Part shown: piece after piece, positions 37,774 to 51,914 of the stretch
How the letters are laid out: the number at the start of each line of letters is the position of its first letter
Numbering within the stretch: the first letter of the stretch is position 1
From: Octopus sinensis
Taxonomy: Eukaryota
Assembly (NCBI RefSeq): GCF_006345805.1
Contig: NC_043003.1
Coordinates: 116,498,001 to 116,562,000 of the forward strand
Length of the DNA stretch: 64,000 nt
Direction: 5' to 3'
The notes under the pieces: model-generated
Database searches by the model: none
Seen by the model: only the letters and a program-made list of their open reading frames with translations
Told to the model about the DNA's origin: nothing
Program-made: the position numbers and the translations under genes

Positions 37774-38630
37774 CAGACCTGTAAAGAGGACCTACTAGCT
37801 TACGTTAAATACAAAATAATTCCCCGATCTCAATGACTTAAGCGACATTGACGTCATTTCTTCGTTTTGGAAATATACAGTTGCAGTTATGTTAAATTGT
37901 CGTATGTACAAATTCGGTGAAATGCGGGGTTTTTAAAAATAATTTTTCCAATATTTATTTTTGCTTGGTCAAACTATCCCGATGTTTCAGATGTCAAGAT
38001 ATCAAAAATTGTCAAAGTGTAGTATAACGGTTTTGCTATGGAATGGTGCAAGTATTTCGTTTTCTGGAAAAGCAACGTTTGGGACTTACGACATATCTTT
38101 TCCTTCAGTACACATATTAAATATCGGTGACTGATAAACTTTACTCAGCTATTTTATGGAAAACACAACTGCTGCTATATCATCTACATTGTTTTCAATT
38201 ACATTTAGTTTTAAAAATAATATTATCTTATAATTATTTTGTCTATCTTAGGAATTAAAATTAACATCTGTTCAATATTTCACGCATAGATATGTTTTTA
38301 TTTCTAAAATATTCAGATATTATTCCTTTGTTATATTTTAATAACTGATGAATAAATCTCAATTTGCATAAAAATATATTGTTCGCTTGTTGGATCCTAA
38401 TAGCTGAATATGTTTGGCATAAAATGAATTTATCTGTAAAAGAAAGAAGTGATATATATATATACTATCTGCCATAGTAGAAACAACGGACTAATATTTG
38501 AAAATAAGATTTTAATAATATCAGCATTTCAATGTAAATACTCGTGACTGCATTGTGTGTGGTTCTTCTTCAAACACATGTCTTCGTCCATTTCAATAAA
38601 TTTCAACTATATATATATATACATATATAT

Positions 38631-38707
<77 letters not shown>

Positions 38708-38714
38708 ATATATT

Positions 38715-38832
38715 GGCCTGCTCACTTAGCCAGCGGGGTGGCGTCATTCGAAGGCTAAAACAATGCGAACGCATTGTGACCAGCGATGTGTAACAACATC
38801 TGATAGTCTTGTCGGTCACGTGATCACGTGAT
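38715..38832 (+). mobile_element. ~120-bp repeat (copy of 3209-3330) between (TA)n tracts
   Basis: Direct sequence similarity. Confidence 0.6.
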
Positions 38833-38866
38833 TGATATATACATATATATATATATATATATATTC

Positions 38867-39258
38867 TTACTCATTACTCATTTAATTGTTTCAGTCATTT
38901 GACTGCGGCCATACTGGAGCACCGCCTTTAGTCGAGCAAATCGACACCGGGACTTATTTTTTGTAAGCCCAGTACTTATTCTATCGGTCTCTTTTGCCGA
39001 ACCGCTAGGTGACGGGGACGTAAGCACACCAGCATCGGTTGTCAAGCAATGCTAGGGGGAAAACACAGACACGCAAACACACACACACACATACATATAT
39101 ACGACAGGCTTCTTTCAGTTTCCATCTACCAAATTCACTCACAAAGCATTGGTCGGCCCGGGGCTATAGCAGAGGATACTTGCCCAAGATGCCACGCAGT
39201 GGGACTAAACCCGGAACCAAGTGGTTGGTTAGCAAGCTACTTACCACACAGCCACTCC
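38867..39258 (-). mobile_element. SINE family A
   Basis: Full reverse copy, followed by a duplicated head fragment (~39269-39317) and an oppositely oriented diverged 3' part (~39350-39672, +). Confidence 0.9.
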
Positions 39259-39314
39259 ATATATATATGCGGAACCATGTGGTTGGTTAGCAAGCTACTT
39301 TCCACACAGCCACT

Positions 39315-39350
<36 letters not shown>

Positions 39351-40692
39351 TTTCTACTGTAGCCTCGGGACGACTACAGCGTTGTGAGTGGATTTGATAG
39401 ATGGAAACTGAAAGAAGTCTCTCATATACATGCACATATGTGTGTTTGTGTGAGTGAGTGTGTGTGTGTGTGTGTGCGTGTGTGTTCTCTGTCTTCCACC
39501 ACCGCTTGAGAACTAGTGTTGGTGCTTTTACAACCTGTAACATTAGTGGTTCGGCAAAAGATGTCGATGGAATAAGTTCCAGGCTGAACCCAATAAATGA
39601 AAGGTTCGATTCTTTTGGCTAAAAGTTCAAGGCAGTGCTCCATGCTGGCCGCAGTCTAATGACTGAAACTGTTAAAAGAAATATTTAAGGGAAATAGTTA
39701 CGGAAATATTTAACTAATAAATTTTATAATAAATTTATAATTAATTTTAATAATGTATATTAATTCTAAATCATTCTACACGATATGCTTATTTCAGACA
39801 CATGCCAAACATTTTCTTTGCATAATTTTGCGTAATATTTCAAGGCTTTCCATAAATTATGCCTCGTGGAATAAAATGTTGTCCAGTGCAAAGTTTAATA
39901 TCGTTTTCTAATCACCCTCAGTGAACTTACTCGTTCACTCAGCAATATTTTCGATATAAAACTTTTAGAACTGTATTTCAAAGGATTTAATCAATAAACG
40001 CTGGAGTAAAAAAAGAACACAACTGATGTATAACCACTCTGGCACGTGCAACAAATATTGATCCCTGTTGTAAGTATTGCGAAATCCATGCCTGGCAAAG
40101 ATTTTGCAAGCTTCTAACAATCAGCTCCCATAAGAAATGCTGCTTCAGCTCTCAGTCGATAGATTTTTCAGGCAATCAAATGTAGCATTCAATAACTAAA
40201 AGAGTCTTTTTCTACAAAATACCTTATTCGTGCGTCCAGCAAAAAAATAAATCTATTGAAGAACCAAGCAACTTGTGATATCTGACATGAGACAAATATA
40301 TTCCTTCAAGCTTCTGGTGGAAAAAGTTCCTTCTCGCATATATTGCAATGATCTCAAGCATATCTATATTGCAATGATCTCATGTGAGACTGTTTCATGT
40401 TTGCTCAAATTAGGCAGAAGATTGCACATAGTGACTGTCCCGTGCACCATCATGTTGGAGGCTCTGGAGAATGGGAAATCCTTAAAGCAGAGAAAATTGA
40501 AGTTAGGAAAATCAGTGTTCAATTTAGGAATTTTGACTTGTATTTGAAGTTTTCGTATTTGCTATGCAATATCGAAAATGTAACACTAACATCCTCGATG
40601 GATTCATAACCTCTTTTTATAAATGAAATAATCCAGGCATCTGAAGCCGTAAACTTGGAAATTAGAAGCAAACAAATACACGTGCGCATGCT

Positions 40693-40729
<37 letters not shown>

Positions 40730-40739
40730 ACACACACAC

Positions 40740-40770
<31 letters not shown>

Positions 40771-41532
40771 TGCATATATTCAGGGATTGCTTGTGTGTGA
40801 GTCTGATTAATAAGGAATTTTCATGTCATTACATTGCAAGACATGCAGCGTTGCAACACAGAAATTTTGAAAAAAAACATGTCAGCGAATTTTTTCTACA
40901 TTTTGTCTAGTTATGCATATATTGAATAATTTTTCATAAAATTCTATAACTACCACCAGTAAGTAGAAAGGCAGACATCCACCACAATCTGAAAAACACA
41001 ACAACACTGCAATCATTTAATCACATCACTTATTAATACATTGAAAATTATCATTGATTGATTTCCGGTTGTTTTATATAACAGAATTTGCGGTGTAAGG
41101 GGGAAAATAAAAAATTATATTTCTCTAATTTTGTATTTGTTTTTATAACGAACTTAAATGTTTTCTTTCCGCACTGTTTAGATTATATTAAATATATTTT
41201 AAGTTTTTAATACTTCTCGTAATAAAATTATGTATTGTAATTTTCAGCATTTAAAATAGATACTACATTGGTTTCTATAAATGTATTTTTTATATGTATT
41301 TGTATAAGTTTTATATAATTATATTTAAAACACTGGAATATATTGTGGGGAATAAAATTTTCTTTCCTTACTTACAGTTTCATGATTGAACACGATAACA
41401 CTTGGTTCGATGTTTAATAATCAGGTATTAAAATACAATTTAGTTATTAAGACCAAAATTCATTACATACCTCAGTTAATTATTGCAAGATTTGGTTAAC
41501 TTATTTTTTTTTATTTTGTGAACATCTCTCTC

Positions 41533-41570
<38 letters not shown>

Positions 41571-42078
41571 GAATATGAAGGAAACTGAATATGTTTAGAT
41601 GCTGTATGGGGATAAGTTGCCATTTTTTAAAATTATTTATTTGTTTCAGTAGAAACTGGTTCTAGGTGAGCTGGTCTACAACTATTTATGTGTGTGGGAT
41701 TGTATGTGTGTGTGTGTTTGTATGCGTGTGTGGTTGTATGTGTGTGTATGTAGTTGTATGTGTGTGTGGTTGTATTCGTGTAGTTTCATGTGCGTAGTTT
41801 CATGTGTGTGGTTGTATTTGTGTGGTTTAAGTGTGCGTGCGTGTGTGTGTGTGCGTGTTGTTGTAGATGAATTCTATCCGAAGATAGACCGCCGTAGATG
41901 AATTGTAGACAAATTCGACGGATATCGAAGAAACTTGCTTAACGCGCCACACAATGAGACTCAATCTGGAACCATGTAGTTGGGAAGGAAATTTCTTGCC
42001 ACACAGCAACACCTGCGTCTAAGTATACATACACACACATATATATATATTCATATACATATATATATACTACATACA

Positions 42079-42110
<32 letters not shown>

Positions 42111-42152
42111 CGTATATATCTATAAATATATATATATATATACATATCTATA

Positions 42153-42201
<49 letters not shown>

Positions 42202-42617
42202 ATATATATATAAAACAATACAAGGAGGAAGAGAAGTGGAACGAAGCGACGAATCGAATCGACCCCGACGCGAATGCGCTGTCAGAAAATAATGTAATAA
42301 ATAAAATATATGCATACATACAAACATATATATGTCGTACCTACATTACATGTATATATACATGTATATATAAATATATATACGTGAGTACAGGACACCG
42401 CAACTACACGTAGAACTAAACGAAAAACGAAAACGGACAAGCCAATTTTTTTACAACAAAAAAACAGAGACGAAACGAAAAAGACAAAAAAATTATTTTT
42501 TAGAACAGAAAAACAAGACAAGGTACAGGACAAACCACACAAGGAAAAAATCCCCAGTCATCAGCTGTCACTAGCTAACTCAAGCGTGTTATATATATAT
42601 GCGTGTATGTATGTATA

Positions 42618-42666
<49 letters not shown>

Positions 42667-43216
42667 TAAGATCCAAGGATCGAGATGTAAGAAGAGAGTG
42701 AGATTCAAGCTATTCGTACGAAATATATCAAACAAAGCACCTTTCAGAAACAATAGGGGTTCATTGGTGCGGGATGTTGTCAAATTTCCCTGCATTGAAA
42801 TACGATGAGCTGAAAAAATTTATTTTATATTTTACGGTTGGCAGCCAGGGTTGCCGGATATGCGAACAAAAAATATTTAAGTGTTAAGAAATGGGGTAGA
42901 TGAAATCCGTGCTGCATAAGTTTTAGAGCGAGCAGAACCTCGGAAGAGGTAAATATCGAAGGAAGTTTTGTACTTCACTACTTTTTAGTAAGTACGTATA
43001 AATGCGTGTAGGTAGGTATGTAGGTAGGTAGGTACGTAGGTACGTAGGTAGGTAGGTAGGTAGGTAGGTAGGTTGGTAGGTAGGTAGGTAGGTACGTAGG
43101 TACGTATGTAGATAGGTAGGTAGGTAGGTAGGTAGGTAAGTAGGTTGGTAGGTAGGTAGGTAGGTAGGTAGGTAGGTTGGTAGGTAGGTAGGTAGGTTTA
43201 GTATATTTACAGATAT

Positions 43217-43291
43217 GGCATATGGCGTAATGGTTAAGAGGGCGAGCTACTAACACCAAGACTCCGAGTTCCATTCCAGGCAGTGACCGGC

Positions 43292-43345
<54 letters not shown>

Positions 43346-43560
43346 TAATAATAATAATAATAATAATGATGATGATGATGATGATAACATCGAAAAATAC
43401 CTCAGGAATTAGAACCCAGGTTCGAAATTTCCCCAAGACACCTGATGAAGCCTGGAGGGTATATCAGACAAAACGTTGATATACAACAAACATGATGAGG
43501 ACAAATATCCGGCAAATGCAAATAATGTAAATAATGTAAATAATGTACATAATTCCTCTT
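43217..43560 (+). mobile_element. Composite SINE: tRNA head + (AAT)n + hammerhead-bearing tail (copy 1)
   Basis: A box TGGCGTAATGG 43223-43233, B box GTTCCATTCC 43268-43277, (AAT)n ~43294-43387, tail with GACAC-CTGATGA-AGCCTG…CAGAC-AAAAC-GTT (43437-43482; G12 mutated). Confidence 0.8.
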
Positions 43561-43895
43561 GTCTTCCTGTTCTTTTTCTGCAGGCAAATAATGGATTCTG
43601 TGTACAAACGGCGGATAATCACCGTGCTCTCGAGAAAGAACAAGTGCAGGATGCCCGATATCTACAGAAGATATGGTGATTTACATAGATTGCCAAGAAC
43701 ACTATGCACTGATGGATAAAGAATTTTAAAGGGAAGAAACCTGCATTGAAGACAAGCTTTGCAGTAGGAGATAATAATAACTGCGACTACGACGCGGATC
43801 GTCAGCAGAGGAACGAATTCATTGAGATGGACGCGGGAGTACTGCATAGTCCATTATGGAAGCAGACGAAAGATTTTGAACATCAGGTGGTATAA

Positions 43896-44279
43896 GTGGA
43901 AGCACTCCGTCGGTTACGACGACGAGGGTTCCGGTTGATCCGAATCAACGGAACAGCCTGCTCGTGAAATTAACGTGTAAGTGGCTGAGCACTCCACAGA
44001 CACGTGTACCCTTAACGTAGTTCTCAGGATATTCAGCGTGACACAGAGAGTGACAAGGCCGGCCCTTTGAAATACAGGTACAACAAAAACAGGAAGTAAG
44101 AGTGAGAGAAAGTTGTGGTGAAAGAGTACAGCAGGGATCACCACCATCCCCTGCCGGAGCCTCGTGGAGCTTTAGGTGTTTTCGCTCAATAAACACTCAC
44201 AACGCCCGGTCTGGGAATCGAAACCGCGATCCTATGACCGCGAGTCCGCTGCCCTAACCACTGGGCCATTGCGCCTCCA
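43896..44279 (-). mobile_element. tRNA(Arg)-like SINE family C
   Basis: Head TGGCCCAGTGGTTAGGGCAGCGGACTCGCGG…TTTCGATTCCC; probable TSD CAGGTGGTATA on both sides; near-identical copy at 62265-62643. Confidence 0.9.
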
Positions 44280-44334
44280 GGTGGTATATAAGCAATGGAT
44301 CACTTGACGATTGATACCTGAATTGAAGAAGTGA

Positions 44335-44790
44335 GGAGTAGAAATATGTTTTGATCTGCTAGAAGCGCTAGAAGTCAATGAAGTAATCTGGTCAGAGAGA
44401 GAGAGGACGTGGACATTAGGCAGTATCTGGAAACAAAATCTGAGTCCAAAGAATATTTTGTCACATCTCTTCTCTAAAGCTTAAGAAGTTCAAAATCCAA
44501 GGATAATCACAAGGATCTTCGTAACGGCAAAGATGTTTTTCTTTTAGATTTTCAGGAACATGGCCGAACAGTACAGTGACGCACTTAGATAAATTAGAGA
44601 AGGCTATAAAACAAAATGACCAACGAAGAAACTGAAAAGCCACATCGACGAAGATATTGCGAGGCCATACACACTTTTGGGAACTACCTGCAATTTAGGC
44701 TGCTCACTTGGCCCCATCCACCGTTCAGCCGAGATAGAACACCGACCGACTTTTTCCTTTGCATGGGTCCAATGAAGGACCCCTTCGCAA
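44335..44790 (+). mobile_element. Decayed mariner transposase, catalytic region
   Basis: Frameshifted pieces: EICFDLLE…, ETKSESKE…KKFK…, LDFQEHGRTV…DKLEKAIKQK, WPHPPFSRDRTPTDFFLCMGPMKDP (equivalent to LPHPPYSPDLAPSDF…GPMK). Confidence 0.8.
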
Positions 44791-45012
44791 AAAAAGCACC
44801 AGGCAGTGATTAAGAATAAACGAACTTTGGGCTAATTAAAATATGTTTGTGATATATTTAAAATTCTAAACGCAAATTCACGAAAATTAACGATAAAAAA
44901 ATACTCTCTTATCATAAAAAGGTGTGAAAACACAGTGAATTTGCTTTTATAAGTTAAAATGTCTCATACGTCCTTTGTGACATATTCTCACTAACCTAAA
45001 TTTCATATATCG

Positions 45013-45062
<50 letters not shown>

Positions 45063-46767
45063 CCATATATGTGTGTGTGTGTGTGTGTGTTTGTGTATGA
45101 AGCCCAGAAAATGCAGCCTTATTGTCAGCCGTGTTAGCAGCGGCTGCGTGAAGTATTTCCCTCCAGCAGTAACGTTAAAAGCTTCGCCAAGGTAATTGTA
45201 GATTAGTTTCTATGTAGAACTGATTTCGTTTTCTCTTTCTATAATTTGCTACATTATTAATATTTTGTTCCCCAAAGTAGATTGCATATAGTGTATAATG
45301 CTATTTTCACTCCTGACTGCAATTATAGCACGAAGCTATATTATGATTTCTTCGCCGTCCCTTATGAATTTCTAGTTTTAATAGAACGTACTATTTAGTA
45401 ATTATATCTATCATAGGATAAGTGGCATTTATGAGGCAGTCATTTTAAATATTGGCTTCTGAAACTGTCATAGGTTTACAAAGATTCAAGTTGAATTAAA
45501 CTGCCGCCTGGTATATGTCTAAACGCTGATCCTGGCATGATTCGAGATCAGAAGCTGAAGAGACTGAACTACACGGCAGTACTTAGTATTTCGATTGGAA
45601 CACTAACAATCTTGACAACTACCTAAATAATAATACATAATACTAAAACCTAGAAATATACTGGACGTCTTTTACATTATTATACCCACACTATCACCTT
45701 TTTAATATATACTATAAACTCGTTCTGTCTTCGTCCATCTTTATATTCTGTGTTCAAATTCTACCTAAGTCGACTCTGCCTTTCATTTGATCTGGGTCGA
45801 TAAAATAAGTTCTACCTCATCGCTTGGATTGATGTAATCGAAATCGACTTACCCCTCTTCGAAATTGCTGGCCTTGTGCCAAAATTTGAAACCAGTGTAA
45901 ACATTATCTTTATAAATAATAAAGTACATTTGAATGTCAAATTCTAACACGTTTTCCTGCTTTAAAACCGTTATGGTTTTCATCTATAAATATGATATCA
46001 TTTATTCAATGTGTGTTATATAGTCAATACCGTTAATTAATGAATATTTGTATTTCGAACGCCTAAAACATACTTTCGTTTTGAAGAAAGAAACATGACT
46101 TACATCGCCATAAAATTTAAACGTTATGCATAATATTAGGTTTTAGATCAGGGAATCAACTGTGGATTATATTCTCAAGAAACCACAAAATACAGTAGAA
46201 ATGGTAGAATACTGGTTAAATACGTACAGTTATGCATTCCTCAATCTTATGATTTCCAGACGTTATATTGTTTATGTTATATCATTCATTTGAGATTTCT
46301 AATCAATTAAGGACCACTCACATATTAAGGCAGCAGGGGTTGCGTGAAGTATTTCCCTTCAACAGTCGGTGAAATTGGTAATATATCGAGAATTAATTTC
46401 AGGTAACAGATGAAAATATTTAGAAACGATGATGTTTTCATTTGATTAAGGGGAAACAACTCGACTACCTTTTACAAATACCCTGAATCTGATTTTTTTT
46501 TTATTTTTCCATTTGTAACACGATATTGTTACTGTTTTCATTCTTATATTTGAAGAATAATAACTTCGCATTTATATTATTCTTTTTAATTTGTGGGAGT
46601 CATCATCCTGCTATGAATGCTTAAACTCTGAATAAACATATGCAGAAACAACTGGTTGATGTAATAAATGAAGTCTCCATACAAGTTTCGTAGTGCCACT
46701 GCCTTATTCTGAACGATTCTTATTACAACACATTTGGAGGGAATTCGCTTGCAGAATCCGTAGATAT

Positions 46768-47106
46768 AAGGGTAAAGAGTAAAGACCCCCTTCAGTCATG
46801 AATGACCATGGGATTGCACCTAGAAAGTTACCCTCCTAGACACAAGTCAGGGCAAGGTTGTTTATGGAAGACCAGCAGTCGCCCATGCAAACCAGCCTCC
46901 CCTCTCCACGCCACCAGTGTTATCCAAGGGAAAGACAAAGGTCGATACAGCTTGGCACCTGTGACGTCGCAACTCATTTCTACAGCTGAGTGAACTGGAG
47001 CAACGTGAAATAAAGTGCCTTGCTCGAGAACACAACACGCAGCCCGGTCCGGGATTCGAGCTCACAACCTCACGATCGTAAGCTCGACGCTCTAACCACT
47101 GAGCCA
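46768..47106 (-). mobile_element. CORE-type tRNA SINE family D
   Basis: Reverse copy of 57073-57406, with A/B boxes and TGTTGTGTTCTTGAGCAAGGCACTT-like CORE segment. Confidence 0.9.
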
Positions 47107-47169
47107 GATATACATGAGGAATATTTGAAGGATCTTGGGAATAGGAAGTTCGCTAACGGTCCCCTGCCG

Positions 47170-47442
47170 CAAGTATAATCCCTGTTGGGAGAAGCTCCCC
47201 TTCAGGGTTGGCGAAAGCGATGTGGTGGACAACGAAGATCCTGGCTGATGACAGTCAAGACTGATCTGGAACTCAACCTGGGCCCCCCCCCATATCTACG
47301 GCGTTCGCGGCTGGAATAAGGAGTGGCTGGAGATCACGCGGTCGTTAGCCTCAAATCGCCAGGCCTGGTCGGCATTTGTGAGAGATGCAGCACTGAGAAT
47401 GAATGAAGCCAGCTCCACTCACCCCGGGTGAATGCTGTCAAG
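47170..47442 (+). mobile_element. RTE-clade LINE 3' end (second RTE family)
   Basis: GWRKRCGGQRRSWLMTVKTDLELNLG/…IYGVRGWNKEWLEITRSLASNRQAWSAFVRDAALRMNEASSTHPG*, with one frameshift in a C run. Confidence 0.8.
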
Positions 47443-47680
47443 TCATCCGTAGAGCAACAAATGAAGTGTTCGATAGCATAGAGGTCGAGGTTTTTAAGTT
47501 ATCGGTTGGAATCCCGACAAGATTGTCTTTGTCTTCCATCGATCAGGGATAGACAATTTATGTGCCAATATATCTACTTGTAAAACTACCCAATATCGCG
47601 AAAGAATAAGAATAATCTATTTGTGAAAGACTCTCTGTTGCAGAAACAGAAAAATAACTAAGTGAAACCCATCTTTATTT

Positions 47681-48087
47681 ACTCTTTTATTCTTTTACTT
47701 GTTTCAGTCATTTGACTGCGGCCATGCTGGAGCACCGCCTTTTAATCGAGTAACTCGACCCCGGGACTTATTCTTTTGTAAGCCCAGTACTTATTCTATC
47801 GGTCTCTTTTGCCGAACCGCTAAGTAACGGGGACATAAACATACCAGAATCAGTTGTCAAGCAATGCTAGGGGGACAAACACAGACACACAAACACACAC
47901 ATATATATACATATATACATATATACGACGGGCTTCTTTCAGTTTCCGTCTACCAAATCCACTCACAAGGCTTTGGTCGGCCCGAGGCTATAGTAGAAGA
48001 CACTTGCCAAGGTGCCACGCAGTGGGACTGAACCCGGAACCATGTGGCTGGTAAACAAGCTACTTATCACACAGCCACTCCTGCGCC
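47681..48087 (-). mobile_element. SINE family A
   Basis: Full-length reverse copy. Confidence 0.9.
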
Positions 48088-48457
48088 TATTTGCATGTGA
48101 ACATTTACTATTATGAACGTATTTTAAACGAATTGCATCAACGATATTTCAATATGAAACAACTTAACAAATTGGGTTTCAATAGAGAGTTTGCACGTTT
48201 TATAAGCGTTGCACCTGTAAAATTTCCAAATCATAGCTTCGATGATGGGAAAGATTTTAGAAATAATGATCTTCTACCATTATTATCATTCTTTTAACTC
48301 AGGTTTTGTTGGAACTCCTGCAGTCTTGCATGCGTAGCGAGCTTGCTAAGTGCTGCCTACATTACTCTGCTATCTGTTCTTTGCAACTTTCTAATACTTT
48401 CCTGATTATTCTGGCCATGACAAGGAAGCAATATTATTATTGTTATTATTATTATTA

Positions 48458-48518
<61 letters not shown>

Positions 48519-48602
48519 AATATCATTGTTATTATTATTATCATCATCGTAAGAAAAACAGGAATATACATGTGTGCGTGTATATGTATGTGTGTGCGTG
48601 CG

Positions 48603-48668
<66 letters not shown>

Positions 48669-48710
48669 GCAGACATACATACGGGCGCACATGCTGTTAT
48701 ACATTATACG

Positions 48711-48766
<56 letters not shown>

Positions 48767-49599
48767 CATCCATATATGTTTTGTGTTTGTATGGATATAT
48801 GACATTTTGTAATATAATAGCTTGGACAGTATGTTGATTTATCTGTGGGCTATTTGGTTGTTCCCTGACTAATATAGTATGTTTCTAACTCAAAATATCA
48901 TATAACCTACGCGAAGAGAGAAAGGGGGAGTGAAAGATGACGAGAGGGAGAAATGCTAAGCGAATTCTGAAGACACATTCATACATGAAATATCACCGGA
49001 AGTTTTAAATCCTGTTCTCATATGCAACAGGCATGTAATGAATAATCACATTCATATATATTAGATATTTTAATCCTTTCTCGTTTGGAAGCCATCAACG
49101 TATGTAAACCACATTCGGATATAGAATTTCACCGAGATAATTTCATTCGTCAGCCAAATACATGACATCAGAACATATTAGCTGCCGGCAATTATGAATC
49201 AAACCATTTCTAGCAGCAAGTGGCCATATGTAAAACGAAACTGTTCTCTAATGAGAAATTATTATGGACACAAGTTAAAGCTATATAATACTTCGTGTGA
49301 GTGTTTGAAGACATAGTAGTGACAAATACAATATTTTTCTCGCGTATTTTATTAGTTTAGTATCCTTAAAGCTGCTACGTCGCTTTTACTCTTAGTTATA
49401 TATTTTTAGTTTCTTACATTTTACTTTCGATCATTTTTCTATCATTAATAATTTCATCTCTTTTGTAGGAAACCGTACTAATAGCAATAATTGCTGTGAA
49501 TATTATGTACACTGACGATGTACTGTAAAATGAAAAATAGACTTGTAATGGATGGCATATGTGCCATAATTTGGTTTATCTTTCTTATGGTATCTACCG

Positions 49600-49639
<40 letters not shown>

Positions 49640-49645
<6 letters not shown>

Positions 49646-49775
49646 AGAATTCATACAAAAAAAACAAAAGGCGAAGACAGGTGGTGTAGACAACAAACAG
49701 ATGTATTAGTTTAACGCTCGGGAAGTGAAAAAATCTTTAACGTTTCGAGCCTACGCTATTCCACAGAAAGAAACA
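49640..49775 (-). mobile_element. Penelope-like terminal fragment with a variant hammerhead core (49735-49770)
   Basis: CTTT-CTGTGGA-A-TAGC-GTAG-GCTC-GAAAC-GTT-AAAG has the same layout as 2818-2852, but the core is CUGUGGA; the fragment ends at (TA)n. Confidence 0.5.
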
Positions 49776-49781
49776 ATATTT

Positions 49782-49842
<61 letters not shown>

Positions 49843-49981
49843 CAATATATCTATACTTTATATATACAAGTAAACATGCATATGCACATTACACATGCGT
49901 ATACGTACGTACAAATGTGCAATACAACTACACAAACATTCACATATGTACATATATATACATATTATATAGTTCTATGTT

Positions 49982-50773
49982 TAAGAGATGAAGAATTTTG
50001 TACATTATTTACATCATTTACATTATTTACATTTGACATATTTGTCCTCATCATGTTTGTTGTTAACACAACGTTTCGGCTGATATACCTTCCAGTCTTC
50101 ATCAGGTGGCTTGGAGAAATTTCGTACCTGGGTTTTCATTCCTAAGCCATTTTTTGAAGTTATTATTATTATTATTATTATTATTATTGAGTGAGCGAGC
50201 AGAGCATGCCATCAAAGTGACACTGGGGTAAAATATACGAAGCCCAATATACCCATCATGACTACCCGTCTGATAAGGGTACACCAGGCACATGCATCAC
50301 AACCATATGTGCGCGACATGGTGATCTCATATCAAGATAAACAGCACATGACCTTGCAGGTGGAGCCCAGTTAGAATTTTCTTCAGATCGAGTAACCCAT
50401 CCCGCTCAAAAGGTCCCTGAATAAGGGTTGTTTAAGGACGTTGAACGAAACACCCATGTTTCCAGAGGTGAATTATTAAAACCCCAAAGAATCCCTCTCA
50501 ACACATGGCTATGATGCTCCCCCACTACTTCTGCTCGTGATCAGAGATGCACATATCGTCAGCCACTAAGGGACATGCTCAACTGGTTAAGGTCAAACAA
50601 CTGACAAGCAAATCTGTGGTATTGAGCAGAATATTTCCTGTAGCCCATCTTTTATACAAAGACAAAACAATGTACATAACACTTCCAATCAGTTAAGATC
50701 AGAAGCCATGAGAGCCACTGCCTGGTACTGCATCAGGGAATTTATTATTATTATTATTATATTATTATTATTA

Positions 50774-50821
<48 letters not shown>

Positions 50822-50916
50822 CATCATCATTATTATTATTATTATTCAGGTCACTGCTTGGAATCGAACTCGGAATTTTGGTGTTAGTATCCCGCGCTCT
50901 TAACCACTACGCCAAA
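49982..50916 (-). mobile_element. Composite hammerhead SINE (copy 2), interrupted by the 550-bp (AAT)n element
   Basis: Perfect B box GTTCGATTCC (50860-50869) and A box TGGCGTAGTGG (50904-50914). Hammerhead GCCAC-CTGATGA-AGACTG…CAGCC-GAAAC-GTT-GTGTT at 50065-50110; insert 50189-50739 lies within the (AAT)n. Confidence 0.85.
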
Positions 50917-51618
50917 TTATATATTTGTGTGTGTGTGTGTGTGTGTAATATGGTGTGATATGCGCATATGGATATGTTTTTGCAAGGCGATATCTATGTA
51001 TATAAATTGTATATACAATGGGGTGAGATTAATGGGAATAGATGTACGAATGTATCGCAGATCCCTGACTTCTCAAGGTGATTGCGTAAAATACGCACTA
51101 CAGGCATTGGTCCACAAATGTGTGAACAAACTCTATGAATCTGCTCTTGATTATCTATATCCTTAGCTTCTGCCAGCTGATTAAAATATAATTGTCCCAA
51201 AATCTAGACTTTAGTAGGTATGAATTCTAGGACTTGTTGCTCATTTATCCCCATTTTATAATCTCTTTCTGCTGTGCCCCACCCCGCCAAATAATCCAAA
51301 TAATGGTAGTCCATTTGCTGCAAATTCATTACATCCCTAAATATAATATGGTATATTACTTTTGACAGCTTCCTACATAAAATGTGGTCAACACATCTAA
51401 TCTCTGCAATTATGAGGATGTTTAGTGTTCTCCACTGTATTCACTCATTAAGAATCCTTCTGTTTCACAGATTCTCCCAAGAGTCAATGACACAGATGGT
51501 CGATAAACATACTATGCTTTGGAAGGCTGCACTGTTGCCTATTTGTTTCGTATATAGTACCTACGCCTTGCACTGCATAGTAACGATACGTTGTAGAGTA
51601 GCGGTGAACGTAGCCCAC

Positions 51619-51720
51619 GGGCATATGGTATAGTGGATGGGAATGTCACCTACCAATCCCAAGATTCCGAGTAAGATTCCAGGCAGTGAATAATAATTAT
51701 TATTATCATTATTATTATTA

Positions 51721-51765
<45 letters not shown>

Positions 51766-51776
51766 TATTATTAGGT

Positions 51777-51825
<49 letters not shown>

Positions 51826-51830
51826 TAATA

Positions 51831-51862
<32 letters not shown>

Positions 51863-51881
51863 GATGATGATGATGATGATG

Positions 51882-51914
<33 letters not shown>

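Noticed and set aside
50847-50916. tRNA genes (here and at other A/B-box heads)
   Set aside because: No acceptor stem closes, and each head continues into a repeat body; they are SINE heads.
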